A DNA stretch of 64,000 nt from Eledone cirrhosa. Lineage: Eukaryota. The notes under the pieces are model-generated. The model was not told the origin of the DNA, made no database searches, and worked only from the letters and a program-made list of their open reading frames with translations. Numbering within the stretch: position 1 is the first letter of the stretch; every line of letters starts with the position of its first letter. This document shows, one piece after another, positions 39,850 through 53,189 of this stretch. The stretch is from contig OZ024740.1 of the NCBI GenBank assembly GCA_964016885.1, forward strand, positions 199,082,001-199,146,000. Direction: 5' to 3'. The translations under genes were made by a program, and so were the position numbers.

Positions 39850-41019
39850 GTGTGAGGGTGTGTGTGTGTGCGTGTGTGTGTGTATTTATATAGATATTTA
39901 TATGTAAACAGAACAGCTGTCTAAAAACAAAACGTGTTTTTTAATGAATCATTTTTCATCCCATATCTTCGCTTTATTCTCTCTGTGTCTATCTTCCAAT
40001 CATAGATCATCCGGATCGTTAGGACTCATTTCAATATCTATATCAAGGATTCACCTTTTGGATAGATCTCATCTCGGTGATACTATACACTTTAAATGTA
40101 TCGGAAACTACTTATGTTTGAATCAGATTTACCTACTTCGCCATGCTTTAGCCCATTAAAAACAAGTCTTCTCAACAAATACTCCAAATTGTTCTAAACA
40201 TATTACAAAAATTCTATGCTATAAAACGGTAATTTGATAATGGTATTGCAAAGTGGAATATTTTTCCCGAATGTCCACCAATTTGCACAAAACAGCATGA
40301 AGAATATATCATGAACCCCTATATTTCAGAGTGTAACCTTATTGCAAAGAATTCATGAGGGAAACAATATGACGTGGAATTGATGATATATACGTTTCAA
40401 AGCACACAAGGCAAATAAAAAATATAATACTTTGTGTACTTTAGACCTTTCTAATTTCCCTATTAACAATATATCAAATAATAGAAGTTTGACCTGGTAT
40501 TTATATAGTCACCGATGTTTGGACAATAGAACTGATAAAATATATCAAATTCCGAATATGTTTTAAGATTAATGGTTATAGAAGTGACTAAATTGCATAA
40601 TTAACGATAGATAATGAACCAGCCTGCTACCACCATACATATACGTTTCACCACGCATCACTCGGAAATGAACGAAAACGAAATTATTTCGAAATTTTCC
40701 CACAAGTACATATTATTCTCCTATATTTCAAAAGCGATTGATGAAAAAAACTGATATTTTCGACATGAGAGTTACCAATATTAACGTAATTCAAACTGCG
40801 ATTAGACATTTCCAATTGATATATACAATCGATGGCTGAATGGCTCATTGATTGCAATATTATGCAATCATGCTTACCAGACATTACAAACACAAACACG
40901 CACACGCACATAGGAAAATGCTTACATATACGTGGGCCAGTATATACATGCGTGCAGAAATATATATAAACACACACGTACATTTTAATGTATAGAAGAA
41001 ACTGTTTTGTTAATGTAAT

Positions 41020-41207
41020 AATTGTTTCTATTTTTGGCACAAGGCCAGCAATTACCCCAGTGCGTTATTGGTGCTTTATTCTATCGACCACGTAAGGATG
41101 AAAGGCAAAGTTACCCTCGGTGGGATTTGAACTCAGACCGTAAAGGGGTTTAACTCTATGTTACAAAGCATGGCGTCCGACCCTCTATCGATAGTGCCAA
41201 TCCACCT
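41020..41207 (-). mobile_element. SINE family 2 with TSD
   Basis: Same consensus as 31435-31625; aatgtaataa at 41012-41021 and 41211-41220. Confidence 0.85.
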
Positions 41208-41220
41208 GTCAATGTAATAA

Positions 41221-41445
41221 AGGTTTCTGATTTAGGCATAAAGACCATCAATTTTGGGGGAGGGAAGGTCGATTAAATCGACCCCAGTGCTTTACTGGTA
41301 CTATATTTTACAGACCTCGTAAGGATGAGAGGCAAAGTTAACTTAGGCGGGATTTGCTGCAAAGTAAAATGTAGACGCTCATACACTATGCTTCAAAGCA
41401 TGGTGTATGACGCTCAGCCGACACCTCCAATCCACCACCGCCAAT
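41221..41445 (-). mobile_element. SINE family 2, older or longer subfamily
   Basis: ggatgagaggcaaagttaacttaggcgggatttg core plus an extra gtcgattaaatcgaccccag segment. Confidence 0.75.
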
Positions 41446-42384
41446 CCACCACCATTCAATGTATTAAAGAAGACATGACTGTGTTCAAGGTTAACATTCT
41501 TTTATTATATATGATTTTATTCCTATTTTCGTATTAATCATTTAGCATCATGGATAGGGAGAGGTAATTAGACCTTAATGTTTATATGGGTGTAAGACGG
41601 CGTTTTTTACTGATCTTCTTAATTTGTATTCTATGAGAGAAAGTGTATCAACAGTAAATGTGGAGAAATATAAATAATCAATTTGCTGATGAAGGAAAAG
41701 AGGCGAAATTAATGTTGAATCAATAATGAATGCAAAGATTATGAGAATATAAAGAGAGGTAGCTATAATCAAATATAAATACACATACAGACATATATAT
41801 ATTTCTATATATATATAACACATTTAACTTGCAAGATTATACAACGTGCTTACATATACACACACGCACAACGTGCTTACATATATACTCACACACAAAC
41901 GTATATATATATACATGTGTGTGTGTCTGTGTCTGTGTCCGCAGGTGGTGAGAGAAAGAGATAGAGAAATTATGTGTGGAAATGAGAACGGGATTCTAAT
42001 TTAATATGTTCGTGTAACGTAATACACAATATTTACGAAACAATTCATCTTCATTTGTATTGATTTATTAATCAGTTACACATTTTACATCTAAAACAAA
42101 ATATTTCTCCTTTATCATGAATATTATATATAATCAAAACAATCTATTACCTACCCATCCCTTGTTGCCTTAAACTCACTGTACTAAATACATAACTCAA
42201 TGGTTAAACGCTCAATATCAAATTATAAATATTGATGAAGTTGCACAAACGTTTACAGTAACCCGCAACATATGTTAAACTGCGGTATAAATATAGAAAA
42301 AATAAACGATATATTGGTAATGTCCTTTTTCCTGCTTATCTATCTGGAAATACAGATCAGATTTTATTCTAATAATATATAACA

Positions 42385-43417
42385 CTAGCAGAATGGCCCG
42401 GTGTTACTCGGGAATTGCTCTAGGGTTCTTATATATTTGAAATATATTTATCCTTATTGAGACTCGTGAAATAAATACGTTTATTTATATTTTTTTTATT
42501 GTGTATGCAAAAATATCTGTACAGAGAATGTCTGTCTGTGTGTCTGTCAGCTCACTAAAACTTGAGAACCACCCAACCGATTGTTTTCAAACTTTACACA
42601 TGTAATACTTATGGTCCTGTGAGTGTTTTGACCAAAACATATTTCGAATTTTCAATGCCCTAGAGACCGCATTAGGCGATTTAGCGATCTCTCTCTAAAA
42701 TTCTTAGTCTTTCTTTTTAGATAGATACATAGATATAACGTTGCGCCCTTATGATATCTGTCTGCATTACGTCATTATGACTCTATCAGTGTGTGTGTGT
42801 ATATATATGTATCGTAATGCAGACAGCAAGACATATAGCTTTCCTTCACCTCTTCCAGCGTCTCTCTCTTTCTCTCACGCTATCCCCCTCTTTTAGTCTG
42901 TCTGTTTCTTTCACGCTCATTCTTTCTCTTTATAAATCAATCATATTAATACTAAAGGGTTAAGGTATTGTTCTCAAAATAAATAATATTAAATCTATGA
43001 GATTTTTATATTATGTGAGATAAAGCCTTTACCATGAAAATAATATAGTATATATAGAGTAATGTAAATGCTAAAGGGTTAATTCAATCAGACCATGTGA
43101 GAGAGTTTATAATCACTCATTCACACATACACACTCACGCATGCAAACGCACACAAACTCACACACACACGCGCGCACGTACACACACACGCAATAGTTG
43201 TTCCACTGTCATGTATCTTTGACGCATACAACTCTCAAAAGACGGCGTCTGTCACACTCTCTCTCTCCCGCTATCCCCCTCTTTTAGTCTGTCTGTTTCT
43301 TTCACTCTCACTCTTTCTCTCTGTAACTCGTTCGCATTTCTCTCCTCTATAGACAAACGCCGTGACGAACGGGGAGAAGGAGGAGGAGGAGTACATCTTC
43401 TGTTTTATATATATAGA
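42385..43417 (-). mobile_element. Complete non-autonomous Helitron (~1.03 kb)
   Basis: Minus strand: A|TCTATATATATAAAAC at the 5' end (43417); 3' hairpin cccgagtaacaccggg, 8 nt, then CTAG|T (42385); inserted between A and T with no TSD. Confidence 0.8.
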
Positions 43418-43559
43418 TGATGGATAAAGCTACGCGAAAACATAACGCAAATGGAAGATGATTGTCCGTGCATTACGAAACAGATTTCGATATTAGTGCA
43501 ACTAATGATATCACTGGATAGATGATATATAATTATATATATTTATATATATAAAATCA

Positions 43560-43995
43560 TCAAAATTGGCTTGGTCGAATTTTCCGGGTTTACCCCATTC
43601 TCCCTCTCCGGATGTTTCTGTAATCCATTGCTGCTTTCAGGTCTTTGATATTTAAACCAACATATTTCGTCAGTTGATCGACATAAGATACCATAGGATG
43701 CCCGATGCGAGAGTGTCCGTGGGTTGGCATTCGCAAAAGAAAACTGCTAACAAGCTCGACATTGCTTCGGTTGCAATACCCAACTATCTTATCCTTAAAT
43801 AAAGGTGTATGCAGGAGGAATCTGTCTATATACACCCTCTTTCGAGGAATGCTGCTTCTGGGACCTGTTCAACACTACGTTTAGAGTTCTGGTGTATGTC
43901 CCACCAAGCTTCGTCTCTAGTCTTTGTGTCATTTTCCATACTGAGAAGCCATAAAAAAGAACCCACTCAATAACAGCTCTGACGAAGCCTCCGCA
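43560..43995 (-). mobile_element. RTE-type LINE 3' fragment
   Basis: RAVIEWVLFYGFSVWKMTQRLETKLGGTYTR and GYCNRSNVELVS...PTHGHSRIGHPMVSYVDQL match the RTE C-terminal pattern. Confidence 0.75.
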
Positions 43996-44311
43996 TTATT
44001 GTATTTGTTTTACAAGATTCTTTGAGGAAAAACTTACGTTGAGACATATACTGTTATATTTTGCGCTGGATATGTTGCCAGTAAAATCACAAGTACTAGT
44101 GGACTTCACTTCAAGTTTATTATGAGATAAAAACGTAACCCATTCATTTACATTCGAAATGAAAATTAGGGCTAAGAAGGTTTTCTCGATCATATCTTTC
44201 TAGCATAGATAGATAACTACATGCATGTACACACACACACGCGCGCGCGCGCAAACACTCACACACACACACACACACATACACACATGTATAAATATAT
44301 ATATATATATA

Positions 44312-47300
44312 TTGTTATACTTTGGGAGGGTCATGTTGCCAATAAGAAACACACGTACCATATGCTTTCACTTCAATTTATTATAATAAATTTATAAATT
44401 TAGGAATTTATAAATTTCCGGTTGGTTGGCTGGTTCCAAAACCAGATGGTTGCTTATATATTGTCAAAGTTCTTTCGTCACACATTATGTGACCTCTTCA
44501 GTGTCTCAGGGTTCTTTTCTTTGTTTTTTGTGCCTCTCCTTTGTTCTGTCCTTCACCATCTTGTTTTTGTGCGAGTGTTGTGTGCTTAGTTTGCGCATGT
44601 GTTACATCCGGGTGTCTGTGTGTGTTTATATTTGTTTATTTATTTGTTTATTTACATGTCACTGGTTGTTTGTTTTTTCTATGTGCGTGTGTGTTTTTAT
44701 TTTGTCCTTAATTGTAAGTTGTGATGCTGCTGTTCCACTCATGTTTTCTATTTAATTTCGGTTGTAATTCATTTATGTTTATTGCCTCTGTGATTTGTCT
44801 AAACATTGCGTCTTTTCTGTGTGTAGATTCTATTGTTATTTCTATGTCCTCTAATTTACCCTTATGTTCTATTTTAGCATGTTGATAGAGTACAGATGAT
44901 ACTTTACTATCTTGAAGGTCTCGCCAATGTTCATTTATCCGTTCCCCTATACTACGAGCTGTCTCACCTATGTACACTATATTTTTATCTTTACATTGTC
45001 CTTCAGTACATCTTATGCTATATACTACATTTCTAGTTTTACAGTTAATATGGGGGCTTAATTTACAGATTATGCATTTCTTATCTATACAGGGAGGTCT
45101 TTGAAAAGGGTATGTATTGCTAATAAGTGTTTTTATGGAGCTACCTGGTCTTTCTACTATCTTAATATTAAGTTTAAGTTTATATACGGCCCTTCTAAAT
45201 GTTTAGCTAATTCACATCTAGGGTTGTATTTATGCACATTACACTCTAGTATTAAAAGGGTATGTATTGCTAATAAGTGGTACCTGGAGGTACCTGGTCT
45301 TTCTACTATCTTAATATTGAGTTTATTTTTATCTAGGGCCCTTCCAATTGTGTAAGCTAATTCACCTCTAGGGGTTGTATCGATGAACATTACACTCTGG
45401 TATTTATTGCTATCATACCATGAGTTTTTTCTATTAGCCTTATTCCTAGTTCTTTCTATTCTATTCCAAAATGTGCTCCTATACAAGGGGCAGGTCTCAT
45501 TTGTATAATTATTTACAAGTTTTTCTCATTTGGTTCTGGCTCCTCTATACACTCTGATTTTATCTCTCTGATTGTAACCAGAGAACTGCATACGCTGGAC
45601 AAAGTGTTGTATGTGTCTCTCTAGTTCTTCGGGTTTGCACATGCGGGACACGTTTTTCATCACCCGTACCAAATCCGCAATCAGTATGTTGATTTTGGTA
45701 TGGTCCGAAACAGCTGAGATTCGGTGGATCAGATATTTGGAAGCCATGGGTTTGGCATAATGGGAATGGAGGATTTATTTTTTGTTATTAATGGTATCTA
45801 ACCAGAGCTCTGTGTCTAGTACAGGTAATCGATGGTTGGGGTATTTGCTTGGGTAGTCTATAGTAACTCTAATACTCTGGTGGGTGGAGTTAGCTATTTG
45901 CTGGATGCTTTCAATTGTGCTTTTCTCTAATTCCTGACTGTTTTCTAGTGGGGGTGTTTTAACTACGATGTTTACATCATCAACGTAGCGGGAGTACATT
46001 ATCAGGGTTAAGGGTCTTCTAATTGTTCTTTAAGTTTAAGTTTAAGTCTACTGTCCCACCATACCATGAATAAGTTAGCTATGTCACCTGCAATGCTAAC
46101 ACCAATGGTTGCTCCCTCCTCTTGGGCATATGTTTTTCGATTAAATTTGAACATATGTTCCTTAAGGGTTAATTTTATGCTGGCTCCCACCGCATGTGCA
46201 ATCATTTTCTTTAATTCTTCGTGGTTTTCGGGGGTCCGTATGGCTCTGGTCCACCCGTTCTATCTATCTGTGTGGGTTGTCTTGGCCATTGAGGTAATGG
46301 TAGGTGATCTGCCTCTTGCTGGTCTTGTAGGGCACAGGTTGCTAAGGTTATATGTGTCTAGATAATTATTACTATAGGTAAGTTTAAGTAGGAGTACCAG
46401 CTCACTAGTATCAATCTCACGGAATTCAACATTGCTCTCACTGATCATTTCTACGCATTTCTCCACAGCAAAATCCACGCCAATAGATGGATACAGGGAC
46501 ACAAGACATACCCTTTTCAAAGACCTCCCTGTATAGATAAGAAATGTATAATCTGTAAATTAAGCCCCCATATTAACTGTAAAACTAGAAATATAGTATA
46601 TAGCATAATATGTACTGAAGAACAATGTAAAGATAAAAATATAGTGTACATAGGTGAGACAGCTCGTAGTATAGGGGAACGGATAAATGAACACTGGCGA
46701 GACCTTCAAGATAGTAAAGTATCATCTGTACTCTACCAACATGCTAAAATAGAATATAAGGGTAAATTAGAGAACATAGAAATAAAAATAGAATCTACAC
46801 ACAGAAAAGACGCAATGTTTAGACAAATCACAGAGGCAATAAACATAAATGAATTATAACTAAAATTAAATAGAAAACATGAGTGGAACAGCAGTATCAC
46901 AACTTACAATTAAGGACAAAATGAAAACACACACGCACATAGAACAAACAACCAACCAGTAACATGTAAATAAACAAATAAATAAACGAATACAAACACA
47001 CACAGACACGCGGATGTAACACATGAGCAAACAAAGCACACAATACACACACACAAAAACAAGATGGCGCAGGACAGAACAAAGGAGAGGCACAACCAAC
47101 AAAGAAAAGAACCCCCATTAACTGAAGAGGTCACATAATGTGTGACGAAAGAACTTTGACAATATATAAATAACCATCTGGTTGTGGAACCAACCAACCG
47201 GAAATTTATAAATTCCTAAATTTATAAATTTATTATAATAAATTGAAGTGAAAGCAGCTGGTGCGTGTGTTTCTTATTGGCAACATGACCCTCCTAAACT

Positions 47301-47364
47301 ATAACAATATCGGTTTCAACATACGTTTTCAGATAAAGAATCTTGCTAAACAAATTCAGAAACG

Positions 47365-47367
<3 letters not shown>
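44312..47367 (-). mobile_element. PLE-B foldback: long arm 44312-46505 (-), short arm 46506-47308 (+) plus ~55 bp tail
   Basis: RT pieces SLYPSI, QEEGATIGVSIAGDIANLFMVWWD, YSRYVDD, LPVLD; endonuclease YIGETARSIGERINEH in both arms; HHRs at 44462-44504 (-) and 47118-47161 (+). Confidence 0.93.
44708..46505 (-). pseudogene. Fragmented PLE-B RT, thumb and GIY-YIG
   Basis: ORF pieces 46260-46520, 46008-46205, 45775-45999 (YVDD), 45526-45747, 45157-45486 and 44708-44977. Confidence 0.88.
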
Positions 47368-47414
<47 letters not shown>

Positions 47415-47429
47415 ATATATCTAAAAGTC

Positions 47430-47690
47430 TAAAGTCTGTCAAAAACCAGAAGGCTCATTTGGTCGGTACTTATCCCGGTTGCACGTGGTGAATTGATTCA
47501 GAGTGCAAGATCACCCCATGGACAGGACGCCAGTCCATCGCAGCTTAAACTCCCAGCTATTGATTGTACTCATTTCCTGCTGAGTATACTGGAGCAATGT
47601 GAAATAAAGTGTTTTGCTCAAGAACACAACAAGCAACCCAGGAATCGAACCCACGACATTATATTCGTAAATACATCACCCTTACTAGTA
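47430..47690 (-). mobile_element. tRNA-derived SINE related to family 1, with a different 3' part
   Basis: ggaatcgaaccc B box; shares gagcaatgtgaaataaagtgttttgctcaagaacacaac with family 1. Confidence 0.7.
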
Positions 47691-47793
47691 GGCCATATAT
47701 ATGTATGTATGTATGTATATATATATATATATATATATAACGGAGGAAATGTGGTAAGGAACCAGGTGGACCATAACGCACCAAAGTACTCAA

Positions 47794-47874
<81 letters not shown>

Positions 47875-48460
47875 TATATATATATTCTCCAGACTCTAGC
47901 TATTGACCAGTTAATTTTCTTGATTTTTTAGTTGATTCTATTGACTGATGAATAGCTTATGTTAATTTTAACCCTTCTTTTGAGAACTCTATTCGATTTG
48001 TGATGTTTTTGCATTCTTGCGAAAACATACACAACTGAATTCATTCGCCTGATATAGGGGTTGCCTCCCTTGGCGATCTCCACGTCGCGTCAGCAATAGT
48101 CAGTCCCTGTATTAACATTGAACTAAAACCTGTTGAGAAAGTGGCTTACTTGTTCAATCATCTTACCAGAAGCCTGACATTATTTATGTAAGCGGACAGT
48201 ACTTGATTTAGGAGCCGCAGAAACCCATATACTGCATTTTACCAACCTTCCAGGGGTCCGGGTAAATTTTCAATACCCGAATTACTTGATCGTTTTTTGG
48301 GGCTATGCAAATGATTGTTTAACCATCGTCTCTGTGTGTTTGGCTTTTAACGTTTGTTATAGCTCTGGTTCATCTGAATCATTGAGCACGTTCCGCACAT
48401 CTCGGAGCTTGTTTTTCATTATTTCGTGGGCCGAAATGCGAATCTCGATAATGTATGTTT

Positions 48461-48550
<90 letters not shown>

Positions 48551-49793
48551 GTGGGGGATGTATATAGATAGATAGATAAGTAAGTAGAAATCTTTACAAA
48601 TTTATCTCATAACAAATGTATACTAATGAAACGTTTCCATTTATATTTCAAAATGGAGATTATATCATTCTTTACACATATATAAATACTGTATGTGGGC
48701 ATAATATAAAGCAAGACAGTTACTTTACTGTTAATCACACAGGAATAAATAACACGTTTTTATTTATTCTAACTACAGCCTGGGAACAGTTTAATGGGAA
48801 TCTAAAATATGCTTCCTCTCTCATCTTTTAAACGTTAATCTATTCACACAAAATATTGGTATTTATTGCTGGTTTCACATTTATAAATGTTCCTTAACTT
48901 TATATACGTTTCTACAAAGTATATAACTATATATGTATTTAAGAGTGAAAGGGATATTATACATGTTCATGTTATTTTCACATACTTAAGGGGACTGGCA
49001 GTGTTCCTAAATATATTTCATTTGAGAAATGATACGAAATAGCTTACCTTCTAATATATTTGTCACATACATACATATATAAATAGATACATATATACAC
49101 ATATGCATGCATAAATCCATGTATACATACATACAGACAAACATAAATGCATTATATATATACACAATTATATATACGATTACTTCTCAAATCGTTTATC
49201 AGTGGGAGTGAACCCAAAACAATGAGATAGCGAAAAGAACCCATTAACGATACGGTCTTACGTGAACCTTACATATGTAAAATAATCAGTTGAAGAATGT
49301 CAACTAACTGGAATTATCTTTTCAATTATATTAAAAATATATCATCGGGTTTGTTTAAAATCTAAACATCATTAAACAGTTTATATAGCCTCAAAAATAT
49401 CAACTATTATAGCAAAACTTTTTTATTCAGAAAACAACGTTTATGTGCATATGACTGTATCGTTTCTTTCACAGCATGTGATGCCACAATTAATTGTGAA
49501 GTATTTATTTCTCAACAAATTTGTATCATCTGATACTACCAACATTTTCTCTCTTTTCCGTTTTCAGTTCATCAACATTATTTTCAAAATCTTTTTACTG
49601 GTCTCAGTCATTGTATTCTGACTATGTTTGGGCACTGCAGAGATGGGGAGAAATCAATGATATGAATATAAGTACTTTTTTCTTTTCCGTCTGCTACTTG
49701 TCAAACCACTAGAATACAAAACAAACAAACCATGTCGTAGTCTAAACGTAAATACTGAGAAGGTGAATCACTTATACACATACATGCACACAT

Positions 49794-49897
<104 letters not shown>

Positions 49898-50147
49898 TGA
49901 GAGGGAGAGAGGGAGAAAGATAGAGAGAGTGAAATAATTTACAATAGAACAATTTACCCTTGTCTTACTCCTAATTTGTCCTGAGCACAGAGACCAGAGC
50001 GAGTTCATATAAAGGAGAGTATTTAAGGGAGAGTGGTAAGAGGGAATAGAGGCAAGCGCATATACATGGTCTTTTACTGAAATATAGAAGATCATGAGAG
50101 ATGTATGTTAATGTGAATGTATACATGTGCGTATCTGTTAGTGAATG

Positions 50148-50310
<163 letters not shown>

Positions 50311-50389
50311 TTATATATATATATATATACATATATATATGTACATATACACACATATATATATACGTACATGTATATATATATATATA

Positions 50390-51754
50390 GGATTCTGGCT
50401 AGAGAAATATCCCAATGAGATACCTGACAGAATAGAAAAAAAGCTTCACCGAGGGGTTAAAATTCATCTTACAGAAAACTTTTTGGATTTCGATGGCAGT
50501 ACTTACAAGCAAATAACGGGGACTGCGATGGGTACAAAAGCCGCTCCAACTTATGCCAACTTAGTCATGGCATACTTAGAAGTCCAGATATATGAATAGT
50601 CCAAATCAAAATACGGATTGAACTTCCACAAATATTTATCAGAGAATTGGAAACGCTACTTGGATGATTACCTCATTCTTTTGTCCCACACACTCGACCA
50701 ACTGAAGGATTTCAAAAACTTAATAAACGGCATCAATAACCACATCCAATTCACAATGGAATACAGCCAAGATCAACTCCCATTTCTGGACATCTTAATC
50801 TTAAAAAAAGACACAAATATCGAAACTGACATACACTACAAACCAACAGATTCCAAACAATATCTGCTATTCAACTCCAACCATCCAATGCACACGAAGA
50901 CGAACATTCCTTTTAACCTAGCAAGAAGAATTTGCACAATTGTCTCCAATTATGAAACGCGAAATAAAAGACTTCAAGAATTAAAGGAAATTCTACTCGA
51001 GAGAGAGTACCCACTATTACTAATAAATAATGGAATAGAAAGGGCTAAAGCAATAGGCATTGATGAATTACGGAAACAGAAACAAATTCAAGGTACGTCC
51101 AATATTCTATCATATATCTCAACACACAACCCAAGAAATGCGGAAGCTTACAACACTATTCACAAGAACATCCTACTACTAAAACAAAACCCAAGAATGA
51201 AAAAAGCCCTTGAAACACACAAAATAATCAAAAGCAAAAGACAATCAAAATCACTGAAAACATTACTCACCAATTCCAAATTACCTACCACAAACCCACA
51301 ACCAAGTATCAAAAAATGTGGTCGCTCTAATTGTGGAACCTGCACTCACCTCATTGAAGGCAACACGTATACATTTAAATCAGGACAAAATTTTACTGTG
51401 AAAATTCACTTCACTTGCTCATCAAAAAATCTAATTTATGCCATTAAATGTAAAGGATGCAATGAAGATTATATAGGACAAACTAAACTCACACTCAGAA
51501 ACAGAATGACAGTTCATCGCCAACAATTACGAGATCCAACCACGAGACAGATACCACTAAGTGCACATCTAGACATTTGCGCAAGTAATATAGACATTTG
51601 CGCAAGTAATATAGACATTTGCGCAAGTAATAAGACGCCCAAATTCCAAGTCTTTCCACTTTACCTTTGCGCTAACAATACAACAGAACAAATACGAATA
51701 AATAAGGAAAATATGTTTATTCAAAAATATAGACCAGCATTAAATATGGTTTAA
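50390..51754 (+). pseudogene. PLE RT C-terminal half plus GIY-YIG; one in-frame TAG at 50597-50599
   Basis: The end of ORF 50117-50599 and ORF 50618-51754 are in the same frame. Confidence 0.88.
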
Positions 51755-53065
51755 TATACATTATGTCAACACCATAATATGACATACAGACACACACATA
51801 ACACCTTCTACTTTAGAAAATAAAAACCCGAATTAAATAAACCTTAACATACGTTTGCACTGACAATACAACAGAACAAATACGAATAAGTAAGGAAAAT
51901 ATGTTCATTCAGAAATATTCCTACTAAAGGAATCATTTTCCTACACACACACACACACACACATACAATATATTCTCTTCATCTTAACATGCTAACCATA
52001 CTCCCACACACATAACAACCTCCACACCTACAATTCCCTCCCCCATTTCTACTAATAGAACCACTTTCCTACACACATATATACACACATACAAAATATA
52101 TATTCTCTCCATTTTAACATACTCGCACACTACACACATAACACCCATATACACACACACACAACTTCCTCCCCCATTTCTACTAATAGAATCATCTTCC
52201 AATACACACATACACCCCCCCCCCGCCACACACACACACACAAGCACACAAATAAGCATACATATCTTTACTTCAATAGAGAATCTGAACTCTGACACCC
52301 CAGCGAACTAACCATATTCACTGAACCAGAACAATTCTCCCAATCCCATTTCTCTTGACCACTATCTTTCCCTTGTCATAACATTCTCTATAAAGGCTAG
52401 AGAATAGATTTCCAAATAAGGGCGCAAAAATGTAATAAAAACTTGTTCACGTGACAGCCAAATTTCATTTATAACCAATCAAATCACGTTTATTAAAAAA
52501 AAGACTTCGTGAGCCACCCTTTTTAAAGTAAAGAAATTCAAACACACACACAACACACACACACACGCACACACAAGCACACAAATAAACATACATATCT
52601 TTACTTTCTTTATTCAATAGAAAATCTGAATTCTGACACCCCAGCGAACTAACCATATTCACTGAACCAGAACAATTCTCCCATCCCTTTCTCTTGACCA
52701 TTATCTTTCACTTATCATAAAATTCTCTAAAAAGGCTACAGAATTGATTTCCAAATAAGGGCACGAAAATTTAATGAAAACTTGTTCACGTGACAGCCAT
52801 AATTTCATTTATAACCAACCAAAAAAAAGCCTAAATGAGCCCCTTTTTTCAAGTAAAAAGAAATTCAAACACTCATATATGAAAAAACAAACTGTGGCAA
52901 CCCCCCCCTCTTATTTGAAGAACAATTGTAACGCGAACTGACGCGAAATTTATTATAATTATTCACAAACCAATCAAATTACGAGCCACTTTTTCCATAT
53001 AAAACAAGTAACATTCAGAGACCAACCAGATGTGAGAAAAACCACAGACCCTCCATCTCAACTCA

Positions 53066-53103
53066 CCTTTTGAAAAGCAGAAGAACTGCGAAACCGGTAA
53101 AGG
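53066..53103 (+). ncRNA. Minimal hammerhead, U3-A8 variant (38 nt)
   Basis: cctt TTGAAAA gcag aagaa ctgc GAAA ccgg TA aagg; palindromic stem III ACCGGT. Confidence 0.75.
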
Positions 53104-53189
53104 AACCAAATAAATATATATATATTTTTAAAAAATAAGACTCCAGTTGCATTTTCGATTTCATCTCTTTTTCTTTAAACTAACTAAAC

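Larger units (their letters stand above)
50389..53170 (+). mobile_element. 5'-truncated PLE lineage C (Neptune-like) with ~1.4 kb 3' UTR
   Basis: [36 protein letters not shown], Cys-rich linker CGRSNCGTC..FTC..LIYAIKCKGC..YIGQT; begins at (TA)n; HHR plus AATAAA at the 3' end. Confidence 0.92.

Noticed and set aside
40134-40194. Possible minus-strand exon (NNLEYLLRRLVFNGLKHGEV) between tttag and gtaaat; possible micro-exon at ~49476-49500 (+)
   Set aside because: Weak splice signals and no recognisable homology; RNA-seq would be needed.
50597-50599. Recoded stop (selenocysteine or readthrough) in the PLE ORF
   Set aside because: The codon is TAG, not TGA; the copy is 5'-truncated; no convincing SECIS was found.
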